From the NCBI GenBank assembly GCA_963666565.1, contig OY762911.1, forward strand, positions 1,056,001 through 1,120,000: a stretch of DNA of 64,000 nucleotides, given 5' to 3'. This DNA comes from Thermoanaerobaculia bacterium. GTDB taxonomy: Bacteria > Acidobacteriota > Thermoanaerobaculia > Multivoradales > Multivoraceae. The first letter of the stretch is position 1; the number at the start of each line of letters is the position of its first letter. Position numbers and translations under genes: made by a program. Below, in pieces: positions 44,091 through 51,880 of this stretch. Below the pieces are notes generated by a model. It was not told where the DNA came from. It did not search any database and saw only the letters and a list, made by a program, of their open reading frames with translations.

Positions 44091-45416
44091 ATGAGCGACA
44101 TCGAACGCACCGAACAGCTCGTCGAGCAGGGCGCCAGAACACTGCGGGTCATGTACCCCGATCTCCACGGGATCGCACGCGGCAAGGACCTCGTCCTCGC
44201 CGACGCCGGCCACGAGATCGAGGACGGGGTCGCCTTCTGCTCGGCGATCATGACCACCGACCTGGCGCACACGCCGGTGATGGGCGGCGAGATCGGTTAC
44301 CCGGACTTCTTCGCGCGGCCGGATCTGTCGACCGCCGCGGCGCTGCCGTGGGCGCCGGACGTCGCCGCCTGTCTGGTGGACCTGGTCGACGAAGAGGGCA
44401 ACCCCCATCCGTTCGACCCGCGCGGCGCGGTGCGGCGGGCGGCGGACGGCCTGACCGAACTGGATCTTTTGCCGATCGTCGGCCCGGAGCTCGAGTTCTT
44501 CCTGTTCAAGCCCGACGACGCTGCCCCGGAGGGCGCGGTCCGCTACGTCGACACGCTGTCGCGGGTCTACACGGTCGGCGCCGAGAGCGACCCCGGCGGC
44601 ATCTCGGGCCGGATGCTCCACGCCTGCGCCGAGATGGGCCTGGGCGCCTATGCCGCGAACCACGAGTTCATGAACTCCCAGTACGAGATCAACCTCCGCC
44701 ACGGCCCCGCCCTCGACGCTGCCGACCGGGCCTTCCGTCTCAAGGCGACCGTCAAGGAGATGGCGGTGCTGGAGGAGATGCGGGCGACGTTCATGGGCCG
44801 GCCCTTCAACGATCAGGGCGGTTCGGGGCTTCACCTCCACGTGTCCCTCCAGGACGGCGAGGGCGCCAACCGGATCGGCGATCCGGCGGGCCCGGACGGC
44901 CTGAGCGCGGCCGCGCTCTCCTTCATCGCCGGCGTGCTGGAGCATGCCGGGGCGCTGATGGCCTTCCTGAATCCGACGGTCAACGCCTTCAAGCGGATCG
45001 CGCCCGACTCGCTGGCGCCGATCAACGTGTCCTGGGGCCTCGACAACCGGACGACCTTCGTCCGCGTGCCGCCCGAGCGCGGCAAGGCGGCGCGGCTGGA
45101 GATTCGCGTCGGCGACGGCACGGCCAACTGCCACCTGGCCATCGCCGCCCTGCTGCAGGCCGGGCTCGACGGCGTGCGGCGGGAACTCGAGGCGCCCGAG
45201 CAGACCGCGGGCGACGCCTACCGGCGGGAGGATCTCGCCCCGCTGCCGAGCTCCCTCGACCAGGCCCTCGACGCGCTGGAGGCCGACGAACTGCTCTGCG
45301 ACGGCGTCGGCCGCGAGATCGTCCACGCTTTCCTGACGCTCAAGCGCTTCGAACTCGAGCGCTACCACGGCTGGGTGACCGACTGGGAGCGCAACGAGTA
45401 CCGGATTCAACTGTAG
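44091..45416 (+). CDS. Glutamine synthetase-like gamma-glutamylamide ligase (PuuA/IpuC/TdnQ class)
   Basis: PDLHGIARGK, GPELEFFL, HEFMNSQYEIN, ATFMGRPF, GSGLHLHVSL, SWGLDNRT, RLEIR. Confidence 0.9.
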   Translation: MSDIERTEQLVEQGARTLRVMYPDLHGIARGKDLVLADAGHEIEDGVAFCSAIMTTDLAHTPVMGGEIGYPDFFARPDLSTAAALPWAPDVAACLVDLVDEEGNPHPFDPRGAVRRAADGLTELDLLPIVGPELEFFLFKPDDAAPEGAVRYVDTLSRVYTVGAESDPGGISGRMLHACAEMGLGAYAANHEFMNSQYEINLRHGPALDAADRAFRLKATVKEMAVLEEMRATFMGRPFNDQGGSGLHLHVSLQDGEGANRIGDPAGPDGLSAAALSFIAGVLEHAGALMAFLNPTVNAFKRIAPDSLAPINVSWGLDNRTTFVRVPPERGKAARLEIRVGDGTANCHLAIAALLQAGLDGVRRELEAPEQTAGDAYRREDLAPLPSSLDQALDALEADELLCDGVGREIVHAFLTLKRFELERYHGWVTDWERNEYRIQL

Positions 45417-45427
45417 GGGCTGGGCCC

Positions 45428-46678
45428 GTGGCGCACGCAGCCAACGCCTCGCTCGCGGCCGGGATCGACCTCTGCGATCACGACCGGTTCGCCCGGGGCG
45501 TGCCTCACGAGTGGTTCGCCCGGTTGCGGACGGAGGCGCCGGTGTACTGGCAGCCGGAGCCGAAGGGCCCGGGCTTCTGGTCGATCGTGCGGCACGAGGA
45601 TGTCGTCCGCGTCTCGAAGGACCCGAAGCGCTTCTCGTCCGAAGTCGGCGGCACGTCGCTTGAGGACCTGGAGCCGGAGCACGTCGAGGCCCGCAAGTCG
45701 ATGATCGACATGGATCCGCCGCGCCACTACAAGCTGCGCTCGCTGATCAGCAAGCGCTTCCTGCCGCGGGCTCTCACCGCCTTCTCGGACCACATCCGGC
45801 AACTGTTCCGGGGCATCCTGGAGACCGCGATCGCCCGGGGCGACTTCGATTTCGTCGACGACGTGGCGGTCGAGCTGCCGATGCGGGTGTTCGCCGAGAT
45901 GCTGGGCGCGCCACAGGAGGACCGGCGGCTGATCGTCGACATCGGCAACCGCATCCTCGGCGCGACCGATCCGGAGTACGTCGACGACTACGAGACGGAG
46001 CGGGAGCGCTTCAAGCACCTGCCGTTCTCGAGCCCGGCGAGTCTCGAGATGTTCGAGTACGGGCGGAAGCTGGCGGCCCAGCGCCGCGCCGAACCGCGCG
46101 ACGACATCGTGACCGACCTGGTGTTCGCCGAGGTCGACGGCGAGCCGCTCACGCCGCACGAGTTCGATCTGTACTTCCTGCTGCTGGCCGCGGCCGGCAA
46201 CGAGACGACGCGCCACTCGCTGTCGGGCGGCATGCACGAGCTGCTACGCCACCCCGACCAGGCGGAGCGCGTCGTCGCCGGCGACGAGGACATGGCGGTG
46301 ACGGCCGCCGACGAGGTGCTCCGGATGGTGACGGCCGTCCACCACTTCCGCCGCACGGCGACGGAGGACGTCGAGATGCGCGGCGAGGTCATCCGCGCCG
46401 GCGACAAGGTCGCGATGTGGTACACGAGCGCCAACCGGGACGAGGACGTGTTCGAGGAACCCAACCGATTCGACGTCGGCCGCAAGCCGAACCGGCACCT
46501 GACCTTCGGGATCGGGCCGCACTTCTGCCTGGGCGCGTACCTGGCGCGGCTTGAGATCCAGATCGCGCTGGAGGAGCTGCGGCCCCATCTCGGCCGCCTC
46601 GAACTGGTCTCGGAGCCCGAGCGGCTGCGCTCCAACTTCTTCAACGGCATCAAGCACATGGGAGTCCGCTACCGATGA
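45428..46678 (+). CDS. Cytochrome P450
   Basis: MDPPRH, AAGNETT (I helix), EVLR (ExxR), HLTFGIGPHFCLGA (heme-binding Cys). GTG start at 45428. Confidence 0.96.
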   Translation: MAHAANASLAAGIDLCDHDRFARGVPHEWFARLRTEAPVYWQPEPKGPGFWSIVRHEDVVRVSKDPKRFSSEVGGTSLEDLEPEHVEARKSMIDMDPPRHYKLRSLISKRFLPRALTAFSDHIRQLFRGILETAIARGDFDFVDDVAVELPMRVFAEMLGAPQEDRRLIVDIGNRILGATDPEYVDDYETERERFKHLPFSSPASLEMFEYGRKLAAQRRAEPRDDIVTDLVFAEVDGEPLTPHEFDLYFLLLAAAGNETTRHSLSGGMHELLRHPDQAERVVAGDEDMAVTAADEVLRMVTAVHHFRRTATEDVEMRGEVIRAGDKVAMWYTSANRDEDVFEEPNRFDVGRKPNRHLTFGIGPHFCLGAYLARLEIQIALEELRPHLGRLELVSEPERLRSNFFNGIKHMGVRYR

Positions 46679-47451
46679 GTGGGGGCGCGGCGGACAACTC
46701 CGGGCGGGGACGCAGGCCGCGGATCGGCATCGTCGGCGACGTCCGGGATGCGACGATCGGCCCCTGGGACGAGGTCGTCTCGATGGTCCCGCACGATTAC
46801 GTCTCGGCGATTGCCGCCGCCGGCGGCGCCCCGGTCATCATCCCGAGCGTCGAGCCGTACGACGAGGAACCCGGGGCCGCGCTCGACGACCTCGACGGCA
46901 TCGTCTTCATGGGCGGCAAGGACTTCGACGCGGGGATCTACGGCGCGGAACCGCACCCGGAGAACGACGAGCACGACGAGATGCGCGACCGGGTCGAGCT
47001 GGCGATCGGCCGCGCCGCGCTCGAACGCCGGATGCCGATCCTCGGGATCTGCCGCGGCTTCCAGCTCCTGAACATCCTCTACGGCGGCGACCTGGAACAG
47101 CACCTCGGCGACCGGCTCGACATGAAGCCTCACCGCGACGTCCTGGGCGAGTTCACGCGGCACATGGTGACGATCGAGCCGGGGACGCACCTGGCGGCCG
47201 CGATGGAGGCGGGCAGGGAAGACGGCGACGTCGAGATCGCTTCGCACCATCACCAGGGCGCCGGCCGGCTGGGCGAGGGCCTCCGCGTGGCGGCCACCGC
47301 GCCGGACGGCGTCGTCGAAGCGCTCGAAGACCCGGAGCTTCCGTTCTGTCTCGGCGTCCAGTGGCACCCCGAGGTCACCGCGCCGGAGGACGGCGGCCGG
47401 CTGTTCCGCGCCCTGGTCGACTTCTGCTCATCCCATCCACCAACGGCGTGA
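46675..47451 (+). CDS. Gamma-glutamyl-amide hydrolase (peptidase C26, PuuD/TdnT-like)
   Basis: GGKDFD, RDRVE, PILGICRGFQLLN, SHHHQG, GVQWHPE. Confidence 0.93.
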   Translation: MSGGAADNSGRGRRPRIGIVGDVRDATIGPWDEVVSMVPHDYVSAIAAAGGAPVIIPSVEPYDEEPGAALDDLDGIVFMGGKDFDAGIYGAEPHPENDEHDEMRDRVELAIGRAALERRMPILGICRGFQLLNILYGGDLEQHLGDRLDMKPHRDVLGEFTRHMVTIEPGTHLAAAMEAGREDGDVEIASHHHQGAGRLGEGLRVAATAPDGVVEALEDPELPFCLGVQWHPEVTAPEDGGRLFRALVDFCSSHPPTA

Positions 47452-47463
47452 GGACGGACCGCG

Positions 47464-48255
47464 ATGAGACATGAACGCCGAGCCGACGACGGCACCTGGC
47501 TGCCTCCGATCGATCCGCCGTCGAAGATCATCGGCGTCCACCTGAGCTACCGCTCGCGCTGCGTCGAGTACCAGATGGAGCGCATCCCCGAGGTGCCGTC
47601 CTACTTCATGAAGCCCACGTCGTCGCTGAGCGCCCACGAGGCTCCGGTGGCGCGGCCGCGCGGCTGCCGCTTCCTGAACTACGAGGGGGAGTTCGCGGTC
47701 GTCATCGGCCGGCGGGCGACCGGCGTGGCGATCGAGGAGGCGCTCGACTACGTCCGCGGTTACACGCTGGTCAACGACTTCGGCATCCACGACTTCCGGC
47801 ACGCCGACCGCGGCTCGATGCTGCGGGTCAAGGGTCAGGACGGCTTCGGGCCGATGGGCCCGGCCCTGGTCGATGCCGGCGACGTCGATCCGAACGACCT
47901 GACGCTGCGCACCCTGGTCAACGGCGAGGTGGTGCAGGAAGGGAACACGGGCGAGGACCTCCTGTTCTCGTTCGCCTACCAGGTCGCCGACCTGAGCCGG
48001 TTGATCACGCTCAAACCCGGCGACGTCATCATGACCGGGACGCCGGCGAACTCGCGGCCGGTCGAGCCCGGCGATGTGGTCGAGGTGCAGTGCGACGAAA
48101 TCGGCACGCTGCGCAACCCCATCGTCGAGCTGGACCGGGACCTGCAGCCGGTCGGCGAGCAGCCCCAGGTGACCGGCAACACGCTGCACGTCGCGCTCTG
48201 CGTGCCGGAGGACGAGGCCGAGATCGTCGCGGCGGCGGAGGCGGCGGGCTCGTGA
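47464..48255 (+). CDS. Fumarylacetoacetate hydrolase family protein (HpaG-like)
   Basis: YFMKP, NYEGE, GYTLVND, VKGQDGFGPMGP, TLKPGDVIMTGTP. Confidence 0.92.
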   Translation: MRHERRADDGTWLPPIDPPSKIIGVHLSYRSRCVEYQMERIPEVPSYFMKPTSSLSAHEAPVARPRGCRFLNYEGEFAVVIGRRATGVAIEEALDYVRGYTLVNDFGIHDFRHADRGSMLRVKGQDGFGPMGPALVDAGDVDPNDLTLRTLVNGEVVQEGNTGEDLLFSFAYQVADLSRLITLKPGDVIMTGTPANSRPVEPGDVVEVQCDEIGTLRNPIVELDRDLQPVGEQPQVTGNTLHVALCVPEDEAEIVAAAEAAGS

Positions 48256-49736
48256 CGGCCGAGCGCGTCGACATCGAGGGTGTCTCGGTTCCGACGGGCC
48301 ACCTGATCGGCGGCCGGCGGGTCGGCGGGGGCGCCGGCTTCGAGGTCCGTTCGCCGATCGACTGGGAATGGAAGCTGGCCGAGTTGCCCGAGGCGGGGGA
48401 GGCGGAGGTCGACGCCGCCGTCGACGCTGCGCGCGGGGCGTTCGCGGACTGGGCGGCGCTGGGACCGGAAGGGCGCGCGCCGTACCTGCTGCGCCTGGCC
48501 GCCGAAGTCGAACGGCGGGCCGCCGAGATCGCCCAGGTCGAGACGGTCGACAACGGTTCGCTGCTGGAGGCGATGCGCGAGCGGGTGATTCCGCGCGGCG
48601 GGATGAACTTCCGCTTCTTCGCGGAGTACGCGGTGTCGCGCCTGGAGGAGCCGCCGCGCACCCTGCATGGCGGCGAACGGAACACGGTCCGGCACGACCC
48701 GGCCGGCGTCGTCGCGGTGTCGACGCCTTGGAACGCGCCTTTCATGCTGGCGACCTGGCGGGTCGGCCCGGCGCTTGCCGCGGGCAACACCGTCGTCCTC
48801 AAGCCGCCGGAGTGGGCGCCGCTGACCTGCTCGCTGCTCGGCGACCTGGCGGAGGAGGCGGGGCTGCCGCCCGGTGTGCTCAACATCGTCCACGGCGGGC
48901 CGGAGACCGGCGCGCTGCTGACCGGCCATGCCGGCGTCGACCGGATCGCCTTCACCGGATCGCCGGCGACCGCCCGCACGGTCGGCGCCGCGGCGGCGGC
49001 GGAACTGACTCCCGTCTCCTTCGAGCTTGGCGGCAAGTCGCCGTTCCTCGTCTTCGCCGACGCCGACCTGGAGGCCGCCGCTCGCACCGCCGCCTACCAG
49101 TACGACAACTCGGGCCAAGTCTGCCTGGCCGGCACCCGGCTGCTGGTCGAACGGAGCTGCCTCGACGCCTTCATGGAGCGATTCCTGGCGGAAGTCGAGG
49201 CGATCCGGGTCGGCGATCCCCGTGACGCCGCGACGACCTACGGCCCGTTGATCCACCCGCGGGCGCTCGCCCGCGTCGAGGCGCACGTCGAGAAGGCGCT
49301 CGCCCGGGGCGCGGCGCTCCGGTTCGGCGGCAAGGGGAGCGGCGGGCTCTACTACCCGCCGACGCTGTTCGCCGACGTGCCTCCCGGCGCCGGCATCCTG
49401 CGCGAGGAGGTGTTCGGGCCGGTGCTGACCCTGCAGGCGTTCGAGGACGACGACGAGGCGATCGCGTTGGCCGAGTCGACCGACTACGGACTCGCCGCGA
49501 TGATCTTCACCGGCGACGAGTCCCGCGCGGGCCGGCTCTCGCGCCGGATCAGCGCCGGCACGATCTGGGTGAACTGCTTCTACGTCCGCGACCTCGAGAC
49601 GCCCTTCGGCGGCACGAAGCACTCCGGCATCGGCCGCGAGGGCGGCCGCCATTCGTTCGACTTCTACTGCGACGTGAAGACGGTCTGCGAACGCACTGCC
49701 GCGTTCGCGGCCGCCGGGACAGGAGGTGGCTCGTGA
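48252..49736 (+). CDS. Aldehyde dehydrogenase, 2-hydroxymuconate-semialdehyde/HpaE-like
   Basis: TPWNAPFMLATWRVGPALAAGNTVVLKPPEWAPLT, FTGS, ELGGKSP, GQVCLAGTR, EEVFGP, SGIGREGG. Confidence 0.92.
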   Translation: MTAERVDIEGVSVPTGHLIGGRRVGGGAGFEVRSPIDWEWKLAELPEAGEAEVDAAVDAARGAFADWAALGPEGRAPYLLRLAAEVERRAAEIAQVETVDNGSLLEAMRERVIPRGGMNFRFFAEYAVSRLEEPPRTLHGGERNTVRHDPAGVVAVSTPWNAPFMLATWRVGPALAAGNTVVLKPPEWAPLTCSLLGDLAEEAGLPPGVLNIVHGGPETGALLTGHAGVDRIAFTGSPATARTVGAAAAAELTPVSFELGGKSPFLVFADADLEAAARTAAYQYDNSGQVCLAGTRLLVERSCLDAFMERFLAEVEAIRVGDPRDAATTYGPLIHPRALARVEAHVEKALARGAALRFGGKGSGGLYYPPTLFADVPPGAGILREEVFGPVLTLQAFEDDDEAIALAESTDYGLAAMIFTGDESRAGRLSRRISAGTIWVNCFYVRDLETPFGGTKHSGIGREGGRHSFDFYCDVKTVCERTAAFAAAGTGGGS

Positions 49737-50788
49737 TTCGCGGCATTCACCACGTCGGCCTCACCGTGACGGACCTCGCCGAGGCATCGGCGCGCTGGCA
49801 ACGTCTGCTCGGCCTGACCCCGGCCGGAGACGACGGTGCCTCACCACTGGGTGCGCCGGCGTCCCCGCCGGCTGCCGCCGCAGGCGGCCTGGAGACGCGC
49901 GAGGCGGCAGCCTCGCTCGATTCCGCCCTGCTCCGCTGCGCCTACGAAGACTTCTGCGTCCGCCTGACCGCCGGCGAGCGAGGCTGCGTCGACTACATCG
50001 CCTACGAGCTCGAAGGCGGCGTGACGTTGGCCGAGGCCGGCGACCGGCTGTCCGACGCCGGAACGCTCGCGGTGCCCTTCGAGCTGCCGGCGGGCCGATT
50101 CGGGCTGCGCACCGCCGACCCGGACGGCAACGGCGTGGCCGTCGTCGAGCACGTCGCCCCGGACGACCCGCGGCCCGACGTCTGCAAGCACTCGGACGCC
50201 CTGCCAGGGTTCCATCCGCGCCGGCTCCAGCACGTGAACTACCTCACCGCCGACACGCCGCGCGCGGTCGAGTGGTACGTCGAGGCGCTCGGCCTCAAGA
50301 TCACCGACTGGATCGGTGACGACGCCTGCTGGCTCCACGCCGACCGCGACCACCACGTGCTCGCCTTCCTCGACAAGGGCTACGCCCACATCCACCACGT
50401 CGCCTTCGAGCTGACCGACTGGGGCGAGATGCGGGTCGGGCTCGATCACCTGGCGGCACACCGGCGGCCGATCGTGTGGGGGCCGGGCCGCCACGGCATG
50501 GCCCGGAACCTGTTCGCCTACTGGCGGATGCCCGAGGAGGACACGTTCATCGAGTTCTTCGCCGACATGGAAGTCCTCGGCCCGAACCACCAGGTCCGGC
50601 ACTTCCCGGACGACGCCTTCGCCTCGAACACCTGGGGCCAACTGCCCCCACGGTCCTACTTCCGCTTCGACGAAGACGCGATCCGCGCCGAATGGGAGCA
50701 GTCCCAGCAACTGGGCGATCCCGCTGAGGCCCTAGCCTCAGCTGGCCTGATACGGTGCCTCGGCACAGGTGGCGTCAGCCAAGCGTGA
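49733..50788 (+). CDS. VOC-fold extradiol ring-cleavage dioxygenase (catechol 2,3-dioxygenase-like) with an in-frame REP insert
   Basis: LQHVNY, DHHVLAF, IHHVAFE, WGPGRHG...FAYW...IEFF (His/His/Glu metal ligands). REP at 49850-49888 encodes GAPASPPAAAAGG. Confidence 0.88.
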   Translation: MIRGIHHVGLTVTDLAEASARWQRLLGLTPAGDDGASPLGAPASPPAAAAGGLETREAAASLDSALLRCAYEDFCVRLTAGERGCVDYIAYELEGGVTLAEAGDRLSDAGTLAVPFELPAGRFGLRTADPDGNGVAVVEHVAPDDPRPDVCKHSDALPGFHPRRLQHVNYLTADTPRAVEWYVEALGLKITDWIGDDACWLHADRDHHVLAFLDKGYAHIHHVAFELTDWGEMRVGLDHLAAHRRPIVWGPGRHGMARNLFAYWRMPEEDTFIEFFADMEVLGPNHQVRHFPDDAFASNTWGQLPPRSYFRFDEDAIRAEWEQSQQLGDPAEALASAGLIRCLGTGGVSQA

Positions 50789-50958
50789 GGGGCCGCAAGC
50801 AACCCGGAGCGACCGCTGGTGTCCGCCCGCCCGGATTCGTCTAGTGGAAGGTGCCTTGGCCCCGGACTACGAACTGCTTGCGGCAGCCGGGGACAGTGAA
50901 GGGTGACGCGGCGTTCGATTCCCGCATCCGGGCGGGCTCACTTAGGATTAACGTGCCG

Positions 50959-51075
50959 CTCAACCACACCAGCGGCATCGACGGCGAGATGATTCCGGAC
51001 CACGGCCCCGACCAGGAGGCCATCCGCCAGGCGGTGGAACGCGCCCGCGATCTCGGCCAACTGTTCGCTCCAGGG
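50959..51075 (+). pseudogene. Serine hydrolase (beta-lactamase family) internal fragment
   Basis: LNHTSGIDGEMIPDHGPDQEAI...LGQLFAPG resembles the LLxHTSG...LFxPG segment of that family. Confidence 0.45.
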
Positions 51076-51109
51076 AGTCCTACGTCTCGTTGGGTGTCAG
51101 CGGACCTTG

Positions 51110-51784
51110 TCAAGACATAGCGAGTTCACGTTCCGTCGCAGGAGAAACCGGTCCCTCGAGAACGGCCGCCATCGCGTCCAGCAGCGTCTCGAAGAACAGC
51201 TCGGCATCGGGTCCGTCGAAGCTGCCGCCGGAGAGCGCCCGCTGGGCGAGCGCCAGCGCCGCCATCCGGTGCATCAGGTCGAACCGCCGGTCCGCCAGCG
51301 CCTTGGGGATCCGAAGCTGCGCGCGGATGCGCTTCGCAACCTCGCCCACTCCCGCGCCCGTGTAGCGAATCGCGCCCTCGCGGAGCTCCTCGCCGGGCAG
51401 GAAGACGAGTTGCCCGATCACCTTGAGGAAAAGCGCGAACTCCGGATCGCGTCGGGCGATCCGCACCGGAGGCATGACCGCCACCTCGCACAGCCGGCGC
51501 ACGTCCTGAACCCCGCCGGCTTCGTCCAGTTCGCGCAGCATGCGCTCCCGCTCTTCCCCGATCTGCGCGCCGCGCTTGACGTACATGGCGTCGATGAGCC
51601 CCTCGCGGCCGCCGAAGTGGTACTGGAGGGCCGATTCGTTGCGTTGGCCCGCTTCGCGCAGGATGGCGCGAGTGGAGGTCGGGCCGACGCCCCGCTCGGC
51701 GAACAGCTTCTCGGCGGCGCGCAGGAGCTTCTCGCGCGTGGTTTCTCCGACCGCTGACATCGCGGGGCTTGCTCCGTTGCTCAT
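51110..51784 (-). CDS. TetR family transcriptional regulator
   Basis: TREKLLRAAEKLFAERG...AGQRNESALQYHFGGREGLI. Divergent from the sulfatase gene. Confidence 0.92.
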   Translation of the reverse strand: MSNGASPAMSAVGETTREKLLRAAEKLFAERGVGPTSTRAILREAGQRNESALQYHFGGREGLIDAMYVKRGAQIGEERERMLRELDEAGGVQDVRRLCEVAVMPPVRIARRDPEFALFLKVIGQLVFLPGEELREGAIRYTGAGVGEVAKRIRAQLRIPKALADRRFDLMHRMAALALAQRALSGGSFDGPDAELFFETLLDAMAAVLEGPVSPATERELAMS

Positions 51785-51826
51785 CGCAACGTCGGGGCCT
51801 GCTTCGCCGGGTTGCGGCGAGAGGAA

Positions 51827-51862
51827 CTAATGACATTCATCAGGACTAATGATAGACATTAG
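51827..51862. promoter_or_regulatory. Tandem palindromic operators, probably bound by TetR
   Basis: CTAATG-N5-CATCAG (51827-51843) and perfect CTAATG-N5-CATTAG (51846-51862) in an AT-rich divergent intergenic region. Confidence 0.7.
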
Positions 51863-51880
51863 CACGCGAGGTTCCGAACG

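Noticed and set aside
44091-45416. Housekeeping glutamine synthetase glnA
   Set aside because: The divergent N-terminus and the context with a C26 hydrolase and catabolic genes indicate a gamma-glutamylamide ligase, so no gene symbol was assigned.
50908-50925. GTTCGATTCCC T-loop-like motif suggesting a tRNA or attachment site
   Set aside because: The T-stem is imperfect, and no acceptor stem, D-arm, anticodon arm or CCA end could be built.
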